From Malacoraja senta (Eukaryota), in NCBI GenBank assembly GCA_038087875.1, contig CM075988.1, forward strand, positions 372,001-436,000: a DNA stretch of 64,000 nucleotides, given 5' to 3'. The translations under genes and the position numbers were made by a program. Below are positions 22,445 to 35,852 of the stretch, piece after piece. The notes under the pieces were generated by a model. The model saw only the letters and a list, made by a program, of their open reading frames with translations. It did not search any database and had not been told where the DNA came from. How positions within the stretch are numbered: position 1 is the stretch's first letter; each line of letters starts with the position of its first letter.

Positions 22445-23950
22445 CAAGTTTCTGATGAATGAGGTAATCCCAAGGTTTGGTAGACCTACAGAAATCAGCT
22501 TTGACAACGGATTGGTTTTCATTCAGAGAGTAGTCAAGCTGGTGCTACAGGTCCTTAGAGCGAGGTATGTGTTTGGGTGTGTGTACCAACTGTAGTCACG
22601 GCATGGTGGAAAGAATCAATGGAACATTGAAGGCTAAGATAAATAAGATTTGTGTAACTACAAAGTTGAATTGGATCGATGCCCTGCCATTGGCACTGAT
22701 GAGATGTTGCATGCAAACTAACCGAATAACCCACATGAGATGCTTACTGGCCGACCCATGCCGGTGCCACAATGGAGAGGTTCTTACAAGGGACCGAGTT
22801 TGGAACAGTTAGAGGTAGAATTTAAGCAGTATATGCAACAGTTAATTATGATATACGTCTATTTATGCACAGGCAAAGCAAAAGCAGTTGGAGGTGGACC
22901 AGGAGGAAGGACCCTTTAAACCCAGAGACAAGGTGGATGTCTGAGCTTTCCGAACCACCCTCCGCTGTTCAGGTAGAAGGTTGATCTACCTGGTACCATC
23001 TCAATCCTTACATGAGGGCTGTCCCACAGGTACAACTCGATAATAGTCCCGAGGTAAGTGAACAGGAGGACAAAGAAGTGAGGGAAGAGCAGAGCTTTAA
23101 CAAGATAATAAATTAGGTTTTTGGAGACATTAGAGACTGGTGTAAATGAGGTCAGAATGAGGGGGTGTATGTCTTGTTTGGGGAACAATGCTGCACCTTC
23201 ATACTTAATAATACTAGCCCAGAGGGGTCTTTCACTAAAGCAATGGATAAGTTGAGAAATCTGAGAAAAGAGAACAAGCAGAGTGTGGGTTTTGGACATG
23301 ACGTCTTTAGTTGTCTGGAAAATATGTTAGGCGTTTGGGGAGCATGGCTGATTAAGTTGTGGGTGACTATTGGAGCTGCACTGCCGGGGGTTCTTGTGGT
23401 GCTATGTTGTGTCGTACCCTGTGTTAAGTTTTTTCTAATAAGAGCCACTGCCAAGCAGCTTTCGTTGATCCAGGATAAAGGTGAAACTGTTTCACCCGAA
23501 GATAGAATACTACGATGATGTGCAAAACACACCAGAGAAATATTAAACTATAGATTGTGAGGAGACCTGGACATTTTTTCCCAACCCTAGTATAGTGGGG
23601 GTGGGTTTTTGGCCCAGTTATCCAGGATTCCAGAGAAAGAACACCATAAAGTTGAGCATTACAAATTTAAGAACCCTGAGTTTAATTTGATGACCAATAT
23701 GTGCAGCTTGTGGTTTTCTTTTTCTGTGAGACCATTTTTGGTCTCAAAGAGGGGATATATAGTAAATATTATCCTCTATATTAAATGTATCTTACATAAT
23801 CTGTATTTAAAAGTAGTTTGTCAGTGGGGCCCGTTCTCAGGTCACAGGCCATTTGCTCTTTCATTATGACACATTCCTGAGCTCTGGTGTAGCACAAAGG
23901 GCTCAGGATTTATGACTGTTTAGTCATAAACAAAGGGCTCAGGATTTATG
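22445..23950 (+). mobile_element. Endogenous retrovirus remnant: integrase core, env TM, PPT and partial 3' LTR
   Basis: EVIPRFGRPTEISFDNG...GMVERINGTLK...WIDALPLAL; env (C)VLFGEQCCTFI plus a hydrophobic TM segment; PPT AAAGAGGGGA 23746-23755. Confidence 0.85.
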
Positions 23951-24287
23951 ACCCCCCCCCCCCAGCGCCGGCGAAAGCCGAGCACCAGCCATCAACGGGG
24001 ATACACTCAAAATGCTGCAGTAACTAACCGGGTCAGGCAACATCTCTGGAGCGTCTCGACCCGAAACGTCGCATATTCCTGTACTCCAAAGATGCTACCA
24101 GTCCCTCTGAGTTACTCCAGCATGTTGCGTCTATCTCCAGTGTAAACCAGCATCTGCAGTTCCTTCCTACAGAGCGACGCCTGTCCATGGGTGAAGCTGA
24201 GGTGGTGGGGAGAGGGATGGGGAGAGGGATGGAGAGAGAGAGATGGGGAGAGGGATGCGGAGAGGGATGGGGAGAGAGTTGGGGAGA

Positions 24288-27200
24288 GTTTGGATCTGTC
24301 TTCACTAAGGAGGACACAAACAATCTTCCTGATATAGTAGTGGCCAGAGGATCTGGGGTGACGGAGGAACTGAAGGAAATCCACATTAGGCAGGAAATGG
24401 TGTTGGATAGACTGATGCGACTGAAGGCTGATAAATCCCCAGGGCCTGATGGTCTGCATCCCAGGGTACTTAAGGAAGTGGCTCTAGAAATTGTGGATGC
24501 ATTGGTGATAATTTTCCAATGTTCTATAGACTCGGGATCAGTTCCTGTGGATTGGAGGGTATCTAATGTTATCCCACTTTTTAAGAAAGGCGGGAGAGAG
24601 AAAACGGAATTATAGACCAGTTAGCCTGACATCGGTGGTGGGGAAGATGATGGAGTCAATTATAAAAGATGAAATAGCCGAACATTTGGATAGCAGTAAC
24701 AGGATCGGTCCGAGTCAGCATGGATTTACGAAGGGGAAATCATGCTTGATTAATCTTCTGGAATTTTTTGAAGACGTAACTAGGAAAATGGACAAGGGAG
24801 AGCCAGTGGATGTAGTGTACCTGGACTTTCAGAAAACATTTGATAAGATCCCACATAGGAGATTAGTGGGCAAAATTAGGGGACATGGTATTCAGGGGTA
24901 GAGTGCTGACATGGATAGAGAAGTGGTTGGCAGACAGGAAACAAATAGTAGGAATTAACGGGTCCCTTTCAGAATGGCAGGCAGTGACTAGTTGTGTACC
25001 GCAAGGCTCGGTGCTGGGACCGCAGCTATTTACAATATGCATCAATGATTTCGATGAAGGGATTCAAAGTAACATTAGCAAATTTGCAGATGACACAAAG
25101 CTGGGTGGCAGTGTGAACAGTGAGGAGGATACATAGATACATAGAAAATAGGTGCAGGAGTAGGCCATTTGGCCCTTCGAGCCTGCACCGCCATTCAATA
25201 TGATCATGGCTGATCATCCAACTCAGTATCCCGTACCTGCCTTCTCTCTATACCCCCTGATCCCTTTAGCCACAAGGGCCACATCTAACTCCCTCTTAAA
25301 TATAGCCAATGAACTGGCCTCAACTACCCTCTGTGGCAGAGAGTTCCAGACATTCACCACTCTCTGTGTGAAAAAGTTTTTCCTCATCTCAGTCTTAAAG
25401 GTTTTCCCCCTTATCCTTAAGCTGTGACCCCTTGTCCTGGACTTCCCCAACATCGGGAACAATCTTCCTCCATCTAGCCTGTCCAACCCCATAAGAATTT
25501 TGTACGTTTCTATAAGATCCCCTCTCAATCTCCTAAATTCTAGCGAGTATAAGCCAAGTCTATCCAGTCTTTCTTCATATGAAAGTCCTGACATCCCAGG
25601 AATCAGTCTGGTGAACCTTCTCTGCGCTCCCTCTATGGCTATAATGTCCTTCCTCAGATTTGGAGACCAAAACTGTACGCAATACTCCAGGTGTGGTCTC
25701 ACCAAGACCCTGTACAACTGCAGTAGAACCTCCCTGCTCCTATACTCAAATCCTCTTGCTATGAAGGCCAACATACCATTCGCTTTCTTCACTGCCTGCT
25801 GCACCTGCATGCCTACTTTCAATGACTGGTGTACCATGACACCCAGGTCTCGCTGCATCTCCCCATTTCCTAATCGGCCACCATTTAGATAATAGTCTGC
25901 CTTCCCGTTTTTGCCACCAAAGTGGATAACCTCACATTTATCCACATTATACTGCATCTGCCAAACATTTGCCCACTCACCCAGCCTATCCAAGTCACCT
26001 TGCAGTCTCCTAGCATCCTCCTCACAGCTAACACTGCCCCCCAGCTTAGTGTCATCCGCAAACTTGGAGATATTGCCTTCAATTCCCTCATCCAGGTCAT
26101 TAATATATATTGTAAATAGCTGGGGTCCCAGCACTGAGCCTTGCGGTACCCCACTAGTCACTGCCTGCCATTGTGAAAAGGACCCGTTTACTCCTACTCT
26201 TTGCTTCCTGTTTGCCAGCCAGTTCTCTATCCACATCAATACTGAACCCCCAATGCCATGTGCTTTAAGTTTGTATACTAATCTCTTATGTGGGACCTTG
26301 TCGAAAGCCTTCTGGAAGTCCAGATACACCACATCCACTGGTTCTCCCCTATCCACGCTACTAGTTACATCCTCGAAAAATTCTATAAGATTCGTCAGAC
26401 ATGATTTACCTTTCGTAAATCCATGCTGACTTTGTCTAATGATTTCACCACTTTCCAAATGTGCTGCTATCCCATCTTTAATAACTGACTCTAGCAGTTT
26501 CCCCACTACCGATGTTAGACTAACTGGTCTGTAATTCCCCGTTTTCTCTCTCCCTCCCTTCTTAAAAGTGGGGTTATGTTTGCTACCCGCCAATCCTCAG
26601 GAACTACTCCAGAATCTAAAGAATTTTGAAAGATTATTACTAATGCATCCACTATTTCTGCAACTACTTCCTTAAGTACTCTGGGATGCAGCCTATCTGG
26701 CCCTGGGGATTTATCGGCCTTTAATCCATTCAATTTACCCAAAACCACTTCCCGACTAACCTGGATTTCACTCAATTCCTCCAACTCCTTTGACCCGCGG
26801 TCCCCTGCTATTTCCGGCAGATTATTTATGTCTTCCTTAGTGAGTGAAGTGGGTGAGAGAGGGGTAGAGGGGGAGGAGAGGGGAAAAGGGGAGAGAGATG
26901 GGGAGAGAGGGGGAAGGAGAGAGAGAGGGGCAGAGAGGGGGGAGAGGGGTGAGAGAGGGGAAAAGGGGAGAGAGATGGGGAGAGGGGGAAGGAGAGAGAG
27001 GGGGAGAGAGAGAGGGGGAGAGAGAGGGGGGGAGGAGGGGTGAGAGAGGGGAAAATGTGAGTGAGATGGGGAGAGAGGGGGAAGGAGAGAGAGAGGGGGA
27101 GAGAGGGGGGGATGGGGAGTGGGAGGGGAGAGAGAAGGGGAGATAAAAAGAGAGAGAGGGGGGTAAGGGGAGGGAATGAGAGCGAGAGTCCTGACATCCA

Positions 27201-28778
27201 GGAATCAGTCTGGTGAACCTTCTCTGCGCTCCCTCTATGGCTATAATGTCCTTCCTTAGATTTGGAGACCAAAACTGTACGCAATACTCCAGGTGTGGTC
27301 TCACCAAGACCCTGTACAACTGCAGTAGAACCTCCCTGCTCCTATACTCAAATCCTCTTGCTATGAAGGCCAACATACCATTCGCTTTCTTCACTGCCTG
27401 CTGCACCTGCATGCCTACTTTCAATGACTGGTGTACCATGACACCCAGGTCTCGCTGCATCTCCCCATTTCCTAATCGGCCACCATTTAGATAATAGTCT
27501 GCCTTCCCGTTTTTGCCACCAAAGTGGATAACCTCACATTTATCCACATTATACTGCATCTGCCAAACATTTGCCCACTCACCCAGCCTATCCAAGTCAC
27601 CTTGCAGTCTCCTAGCATCCTCCTCACAGCTAACACTGCCCCCCAGCTTAGTGTCATCCGCAAACTTGGAGATGTTGCTTTCAATTCCCTCGTCCAGATC
27701 ATTAATATAAATTGTAAATAGCTGGGGTCCCAGCACTGAGCCTTGCGGTACCCCACTAGTCACTGCCTGCCATTGTGAAAAGGACCCGTTTACTCCTAAT
27801 CTTTGCTTCCTGTTTGCCAGCCAGTTCTCTATCCACATCAATACTGAACCCCCAATACCGTGTGATTTAAGTTTGTATCCTAATCTCTTATGTGGTACCT
27901 TGTCGAAAGCCTTCTGAAAGGATGCCATGAGAATGCAGGGTGACTTGGACAGGTTGGGGGAGTGGGCAGATGCATGGCAGATTAAGTTTAATGCGGATAA
28001 AATGTGAGGTTATCCACTTTGGTAGCAAAAACAGGAAGGCAGATTACTATCTAAATGGCGTCAAGTTGGGAAAAGGGGAAGCACAACGGGATCTGGGGGT
28101 CCTTGTTCATCAGTCTATGAAAGTAAGCATGCAGGTACAGCAGGCAGTGAAGAAAGCGAATGGCATGTTGGCCTTTATAAGGAGGAATCGAATATAGGAG
28201 CAAAGAGGTCCTTCTGCAGTTGTACAGAGCCCTAGTGAGACCACACCTGGAGTATTGTGTGCAGTTTTGGTCCCCTAATTTGAGGAAGGACATTCTTGCT
28301 ATTAAGGGGTGTCATAGGTTTACAAGGTTAATTCCCGGGATGGCGGGACTGTCATATGCTGAGAGAATGGAGCAGCTGGGCTTGTACACTCTGGAGTTTA
28401 GAAGGATGAGAGGGAATCTCATTGAAACATATAAGATTGTTAAGGGTTTGGACACGCTGGAGGCAGGAAACATGTTCCCGATGTTGGGGGAGTCCAGAAC
28501 CAGGGGCCACAGTTTAAGAATAAGGGGTAAGCCATTTAGAACGGGGATGAGGAAACACTTTTTCTCACAGAGAGTGGTGAGTCTGTGGAATTCTCTGCCT
28601 CCGGATGCTTTCAAGAGAGAGCTAGATAGGGCTCTTAAAAATAGCGGAGTCAGGGGATATGGGGAGAAGGCAGGAACGGGGTGCTGAGTGGGGATGATCA
28701 GCCATGATCACATTGAATGGCGGTGCTGGCTCGAAGGGCCGTATAGCCTACTCCTGCACCTATTGTCTATTGTCTATT
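24288..28778 (+). mobile_element. CR1 LINE (24288-25130 plus 27918-28778) split by an opposite-strand CR1 block
   Basis: RT is collinear across the insertion (…GAGGAGGAT | AGGATGCCATG…); (CTATTGT) tail. Confidence 0.9.
25131..27916 (-). mobile_element. Mosaic CR1 block: 25131-26853, GA tract, then 27188-27916
   Basis: ORFs 25223-26593 and 26837-27928 are CR1 RT; (CTATGTAT) tail at left end. Confidence 0.92.
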
Positions 28779-28913
28779 GAGAGTTGGGGAGAGGAACTCG
28801 CTATCGCGGCATCACTGTAGGTCCCGGACACCCCGTCTCCGCAAGAACTCCCCGGCGCTAGGACAACCCTCCACCCCCCCCCACATTGCCCCGCTCCAGG
28901 CACGTCTTTCACC

Positions 28914-29330
28914 CAGGGCCGTCTTACAGCAATATCAGCCCCGGGCAAAGCAGTGCACTGGGGCCCCTCACCTACACAACCACTCACAGGAATAAAAATG
29001 TAAATGGTCGATAAAATTAAAGCCCGTTCAAACGCTGCTGCCCCATTATGCTGCAAAGCTGGTTTTTAATAAGTTTCAGTCTTGACAATGCCGTTCTCCT
29101 GCACAGTTGCTTACCATCATGCACATGAACACTCTGAGTGTAATTTCAACATTGGGAAACACAGATTTCAAGTTGTCCGAAATTAGTTTGATCCTCTTCT
29201 TCCGATCCGTCATATCTAGTAAGACGCACACATTGCTTTCGTTCCCGTTTTTTCACGTCACTACATTAGTGCATTAGGTGTTTGCAAAGTCATCTTCACT
29301 AGTCATAGACTATGCGCTTGTGAAATCAAG
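28914..29330 (-). mobile_element. hAT transposon 3' remnant
   Basis: CAGGGCCGTC terminus; minus strand 29060-29190 reads SVFPNVEITLRVFMCMMVSNCAGER/LSRLKLIKN (hAT dimerisation domain). Confidence 0.75.
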
Positions 29331-30949
29331 CACAGGTTGCGTGATTGCATCGAAGAGCCGAGGTCAATCCGCCGGAGTGCAAGGGACCGCAGCAGACATG
29401 GGAAGAGTCAGGCAAGGCAGATTCAGGAAAATCAGTAGCCATTTTCTAAGTACACTAAAAACAAGAGGGTAAATAGGGAGAATTGCATGTTGGAAGGAAT
29501 TATGTGTTTAAACTTTTTTTATTCAAAGTAAACTTTATTCAGAGTAAAAAAATATATACAATACAGGAACTGTGCAAAAATTCTTCTGACATTCTCGGAG
29601 GCTATACATACATTCAATGCATCGTTACGTAGTGTTTACACAATTTTACCCCCCCCATCCTTGCCACTCATGTGGCCTCCTGGGGTGAAATCGTTCCCTC
29701 ACAGTAAGTAGTAAGTAAGTAAATTGTATTTACATAGCACGGATATATTCCCCCACCTACCTTGGACACCGGTCACCAGCCCGCTCCGTTTGTCACTGTG
29801 TTTCCGGGCGTGTAGATGGACGGGGTGATGGGGTGACTGCCCCGGGAGCAGTACTCGGTCAGTGAGACGGGGTGGCACACGTAGTACCCCATGACCCAAG
29901 GGAGGGCAGAGCGCCCGGGGTGGGTGGGGTACGCCATTGTGGGGAGGGGGGAGAGAGGGGTGTTGGGGCGGGAGGGTGGTGTTGAGCAAGAGGGGGGTGT
30001 TGCGCTGGAGATGTTGGCATGCAGGGAGGTGTGGTTGGCACCAATATTGCTGCTGGAGTCGATGGGTGCAGTGGGTGGCGGCCATTTGGCCCATTGAGCC
30101 TAGCCAGTCTCTTTGAACCATCACCCTCCTAGGACCCCTTTTACCTTGTGGAGGAAGGAACTGCAGATGCTGGTTTATACCGAAAATAGAAACTCAGTGG
30201 ATCAGGCAGCATCTCTGAAGAAGGGCCCTGACCCCAAATGATAGGGCACCCATACATTTTCTCCAGAGATGCTGCCTTACTGAGTTACTCCAGCATTTTG
30301 TGTCTATCTCCTCTATTGCCTTGCCCTTCCTCCCAGACTTCTACAAGGTTTCCCCTTCAGTGCTAGGCCCAGCCCTCTTTGTGAAGGGTCTCCTGAAGCG
30401 CTGTCTCTCCACTCTCTGCCGATTGCCGCTGGTGTGATCACCCGAAGTCCATGTTGTACATCTCTTGGAACAACTTCTCCTTGTTTGTTCCACCACAGGA
30501 TTGTGAACATGCTCTCAGTCTCCTACTCCCCTCCCCTGCAACGTAAATAGCCCGAGAGTCTACGCATGAACTCTTGACATCCTTCCTGGTGTGAGACCAG
30601 AGCTGACCCAGGAATCTATCCTGGGTTAGCCAGTGTTTGGCATGGCAGCTCTCTGTGTTCTTTGTCCCTGATTCCTCTATAAATAGGAGGAGGGTTGGGT
30701 TGTTCAGCAGCGTTCTCCATTAGTCCGACCCCTTGACCTCGTGCCCTCAGACTCCGGGCAACTCCTCCCATCGCTCGCTTCCACATGGCTCGTGTGTGAG
30801 TGTGGGAAGGCTCCACTCTCCCTCCACCCCATCCCCCCACCCCTCCTTCACGTTCACCAGCCTGCAAGCCCGCCCCCTACTGCGGTGAGTTGCTGACCGC
30901 CCCCCCCCCCTCCCGGTGTGTTACCGGTGAGTTGGTGCTTCCTGCAGAC

Positions 30950-31590
30950 ACTGAACCGTCCGTGTCGTTCACTAAGGTACATCCGCTGGGTTGGCCATTA
31001 ACTCTCAGTCAGCAATATTTCCTGACAGACATCTCGCTCTGCTGGGAGGTCAACAAAGCTCGGGCAGACCAAAGAGCATGTCACACCGAGTTGATGACCT
31101 TCCAGGAGCACTTGATGTCCATCTCTGAATGTGTGCCTGTGAACAGTCCGTCATGACAGGGATCCTTGCAAACTTCGCCAGACTTTCTTTGCAAATCACC
31201 ACTCTGCGAAGAGGTGGGCAACCGTCTCCTCTCCATAGCAGTTGTCCTGAGGGCAGCGTGCGCTGGTAGTGAGGTTCCGACGGTGCAGGAAGGATCTGAC
31301 TGGCAGGGCTCACCTCACCGCCAGCCAAGCCAGGTCTTGGTGCTTGTTGGTGAGTTCTGGCGATGAGTCATTTCGCCAGACGAAGCTGGGCAGTCTGCTC
31401 TGGGAACCACGCCACAGGATCCATGGAGCCATTTCCCTGCAGTGCCTGCAGGACGTTCCGTGTTGACCACTGCCTGATGGAGGTGTTGGTCCGGAATAAC
31501 CTTTCCACGAACGACAGAAGGTGCGGCAATGTCCAGCTGACTGGCACATTGCGTGGCATCTGCACCAGGCCCATCCTTCGCAACAAGTAA
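30950..31590 (-). mobile_element. Tx1/L1-clade ORF2 C-terminal fragment
   Basis: SPELTNKHQDLAWLAVR, ALPVRSFLH and CPQDNCYGEETVAHLFA zinc knuckle. Confidence 0.8.
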
Positions 31591-31607
31591 AAAGGATGAA
31601 GGAGCAC

Positions 31608-32270
31608 CAGTGGATGTTGTGTATCTGCAAAATTAGAACACATGGTATTGGAGGTAGGGTATTGTCATGGACAGAGAATTGGTTGGCCACAACTATTTAC
31701 AATATATATCAATGATTTAGATGATGGGATTAAAAGTAGCACCAGGAAATTTGCAGATGACACAAAGCTGGGTGGCAGTGTGAACAGCGAAGAGGATGCT
31801 GGGAGGTGCAGAGTGACTTGAACAGGTTGAGTGAGTGGGCAGATGCGTGGCAGATGCAGTATAATGTATAATGTGAGGTTATCCACTTTGGCAGCAAGAA
31901 CAATGAGGCAGATTATTATCTCAATGGTGCAAGATTAGGAGAAGGGAAGTGCACGAGACCTGGGTGTCCTTGTACACCAGTCACTGAAAGTAACATGCAG
32001 GTTCAGCAGGCAGTGAAGAAAGCTAATGGCATGCTGGCCTTCATAACGAGAAGAGTTGAGTATAGGAGCAAAGAGGTCCTTCTGCAGTTGGAACAGGGCC
32101 CAGGTGAGACCACATCTGGAGTATTGTGACATCCTTGCTATTGAGGGAGTGCGGCGTAGGTTCACGAGGTTAGTCCCCGGGATGGCGGGACTGTTAAATG
32201 GGGAAAGATTGGAAAGACTGGGCATATTCACTGGAATTTGAAGGATGAGGGGGGTTCTTATAGAAACATA
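31608..32270 (+). mobile_element. Internally deleted CR1 RT fragment
   Basis: [15 protein letters not shown] and VRPHLEYC remnants. Confidence 0.85.
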
Positions 32271-32271
32271 T

Positions 32272-32884
32272 CTATCTATCTATACTAGGACCAAAACTCT
32301 CATCTTAACCACTTCCGGTCTGCGTTGTAATTAAATTTGCACAAAAATGCTACGCTATATCACTAGGATATTTTCGCCACCTTACTCACCATTCTCCTCT
32401 GCTCCAAGCCACCAGGTTTTGTTCTGATCGGTGAAATATTAGAAAGTTATGAAGGTTTAAAAAATCGTGAGATCAGCAGATTGGTCTTCTCACCTGTCAG
32501 TCAATGAAGGTAACGCCCCTTCCGGGGCGAGGAGTATAAAGCACCAGGCCAGGCCTGAGTCAGTCAGCCCGGAAGCCGTGAGTGAGAGTTGAGTCCAGAA
32601 CTGTGAGTCCACCAGCCATGAGTGAGTGAACTGAGGAGTCCACCAGCCGTGGGTGAGTAAACTGTGAGCCCACCAGCCGTGAGTGAGTGAACTGTGAGTC
32701 CAACAGCTGTGCTGAGTCCGGAAGTCATGCTCAGTCCAGTGGTCGCGCTCAGTCCAGTGGTCGCGCTCAGTCCAGAGGTCGCGCTCACTCCGGAAGTCAG
32801 GCCTGAGTCCAAGGCCGCGCTCAGTCCTGATGTCGGGCGTGAGTATAGTCAAGAGAGTTTTACTGTCATACTAGACCCGTTGGG
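32272..32884 (+). mobile_element. Possible non-autonomous Helitron-like repeat with internal ~30-bp and 18-bp tandem arrays
   Basis: Starts TCTATCTATACTA; arrays at 32600-32715 and 32720-32830; runs into the gap, so class is uncertain. Confidence 0.35.
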
Positions 32885-33084
32885 NNNNNNNNNNNNNNNN
32901 NNNNNNNNNNNNNNNNNNNNNNNNNNNNNNNNNNNNNNNNNNNNNNNNNNNNNNNNNNNNNNNNNNNNNNNNNNNNNNNNNNNNNNNNNNNNNNNNNNNN
33001 NNNNNNNNNNNNNNNNNNNNNNNNNNNNNNNNNNNNNNNNNNNNNNNNNNNNNNNNNNNNNNNNNNNNNNNNNNNNNNNNNNNN
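32885..33084. other. Assembly gap (200 N)
   Basis: N run. Confidence 1.
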
Positions 33085-33269
33085 CTTCCACAGATATGGT
33101 TCCCAAATTTGCTCTCAACACTCCAAATGTGCCTGACCGGAGCCTGAATGAGCCTCAGCATTACATCTGTCTTTCTATTCTAGCCCTCTTGACATAAATG
33201 ACGTTTTGGGTGGAGACCATTCTTCAGACTAGGGTCACGGGAGAGGGAAACGAGAGATATAGACGGAGA

Positions 33270-35852
33270 AGCATCAGCATGGTCATGGGCTGTTCTTGAT
33301 GTCCACATGCCACCGGCAGGAACCCCCTGGGACCGTACATCAGCTCGGCTGAGGAAGTTGCCAGGTCCTCCTTTGGGGCAGTGCGTATACCTAGCATGAC
33401 CCACGGCTATTCGTCCATCCAGTCTGGGCCCGTGAGCCGTGCCTTGAGGGATGTGCTGGTGAAAACGTTCCACTAGGCTGTTTGCTTGCGGGTGGTAGGT
33501 AGGCCATTATGAGGTGCAACTTAGTGCCAAGCAGCTGGGCCATTGCTGATCACAGCCCAGAGGTTAACTGTGCACCTCTGTCGGAGGAGATATCCACCGG
33601 ACGCTAAAGCGGCGATCCAGTGCGCGATGAGGTCACGTGCACAGGTCGCAGTGGAGGTATCCGAGAGCGGGATGGCTTCCGGACATCTCGTGAATCTGTC
33701 CACGATGGTGAAGAGGTGGGTGACACCTCTGAATGGGGGCAGTGGTCCAACGATGTCGACATGGAAGTGGTCGAAACGCCGGTGTGTCAGGGCAAAGTTC
33801 TGCAGCGGAGCCTTGATGTGTCGCTGAATCTTGGAGGCTTGACAGGTGATGCACGCTCTGGCCCAGTTGCCGACCTGTTTGCACACCCCTGCCACATGAC
33901 CTTGGCTGCCACCAGTGCTGTTGTTGCCCGGATAGAAGGGCGAGCTAGGCTGTGAACCATGTCGTACATCCGGTGGAGCCTGGCAGCGGAATGATGGGTC
34001 TTAGCTGTCCCGTAGACTGGTCACAGAGGAGTGTACTGTCAGCGGGCCCGAATCGCACATCCTCCAACAGCAGGCCTGTGATGGCAGTAGGCGAGCATCT
34101 CTTCAACCTCTCGCTGGGCGGTCACCATGGCTGTGTAGTCGACACCTGGGGCCAGAGGGTGGATGACATTGATGGCAGTGCGGGACAACGCATCTGCGAC
34201 CTGGTTGCTCTTGGCTGCAATGTGCTGGGCGCAAGTCGTGTATTCTCAGATGTAGGTCAGGTGGCACTGCTGTCCAAGGATCAGACACTTTGGCAAAGGC
34301 AAACGTGAGTAGCTTGTGGTCGGTGAAAGCTGTGAAATCCCTGCCCTCGATGAAGTAGCGAAAATGCCGGATGGCCAGGTAGAGAGCGAGGAGTTCCCGA
34401 TATAAAGCGCTGTATTTCTGCTCGGGGCTTCGCAGCTGACAACGTAGAAGGTGAGGGCCTGCCAGCTATCAGTTGTTCCAGAACTCTGCCCAGATCCGTC
34501 GACCGTGAGAGCTGTTGGTGCGTTGACCCGTGGATGTACCAGCATCGTTGCGTTTGCCAGCACCTCCTTGGCGTTGTTGAACGAGGTCGTGGCCGCGTCG
34601 TCCCAAACGGGCTTTTTCGGATGGAATAGCGTTTGCATGAATCTGGCACGAAGCGGTGGTAGAAGTTGACCATGCCGACAAACTCTTGGAGTCCCTTCAC
34701 AGTAGAGGGTTTGGCAAACTTGCGAATGGCCTCGACCTTGGTCGGGAGCAGGACCGCTCCGTGCTGGTGGATGTGGTGGCCGAGGAAGTTGATGGAAGTG
34801 AGGCCAAACTGACACTCGGCAAGGTTGATAGCCAGGCCATGCTCGTTGAGCCTCTGGCCGAGCTGCTGGAAGATATCGTCGAGGTAGATGAACACAAAGC
34901 CCACCGTGTCCATGAGCCGTTGGAAAGCTTGGGCGGTGTTCTTGAGGCCGAAAGGCATGTGCAGGAACTGAAAGAGCCCGAACGGGGTAATGAGGGCCGT
35001 CTTGGGGGATGTCGACTGGGTGGACCGGAATCTGATGGTAGCCTCATACCAGGTCGATCTTGGAAAATACCTTGGCACCGTCCAGGTTTGCCGTGAAGTC
35101 CTGGATGTGAGGGACAGGGGAGGAGCAGGCGGATGTTCTAGGGCATCTGCTCGAGGAAGATCTGTTCGAAAAGGAGGCAGGTCTTGTGTCCATCCATCAG
35201 GGTGAGCATTTTGTTCATGAGCGCGGATGGTTTGCAGTCGCCAAGGCCAACCATGTGCAGGAGGTTTGCCACCCTGTCGCAGCGGCTGAGACCGAATGTG
35301 TCCTTGAGGAACGCCTTGATCCATTCGTACTTGTTGTTGGCTGGTGGCTGGCGAAGGTAATCGATGAGGCGCCCAGCGGTTTCCTGGTCCAGCGCACTGA
35401 CTACGTTGTAGTACTTGGTGACGTCGGCAGTTATCTTGCGGATGTGGAATTGGGCTTCGGCCTGTTCAATCCACACCTGGAGCTGTGATGTCCAGAAGGT
35501 GGGCAGTTTGAGTGAAACTGCATTCTGCTGATCTGGGATGTCTCCTCCAGGCATGATGAAATCCAAGAGGCCGTTTTGGATCATCGGAGGGGGGGGGGGG
35601 GGGGGGGTCACCACTGAAGTGGTTCACGTGTTGCACAAACTCTCATTTAATATTTAAACACACAGCTTAATATTAGTACAAAAGCAATGGCTGCCAAGTG
35701 AAGTCTAGCTCCGTCATCTGCTGCACCCCATCACCTGACCACCCTGATCGACATTGATTGGTCGGCCCAGATCACACCAGTTCACGTCAGATCTCGAGCT
35801 CGACAAATGAAGGTTCAAGACCAAAGTTGCTTGGCCACAAGATGGCGCCACA
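33270..35852 (-). mobile_element. Degenerate Ty3/Gypsy LTR retrotransposon (5' LTR 35852-35615, tRNA-Trp PBS, gag, RT-RH-IN; protease region deleted, no 3' LTR)
   Basis: PBS TGGTGACCCC; gag VSLKLPTFW...AEAQF; RT KTALITPFGLF..MPFGLKN..YLDD; IN CITCQ...HVDIVGPLP...VDRFTR. Confidence 0.92.
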
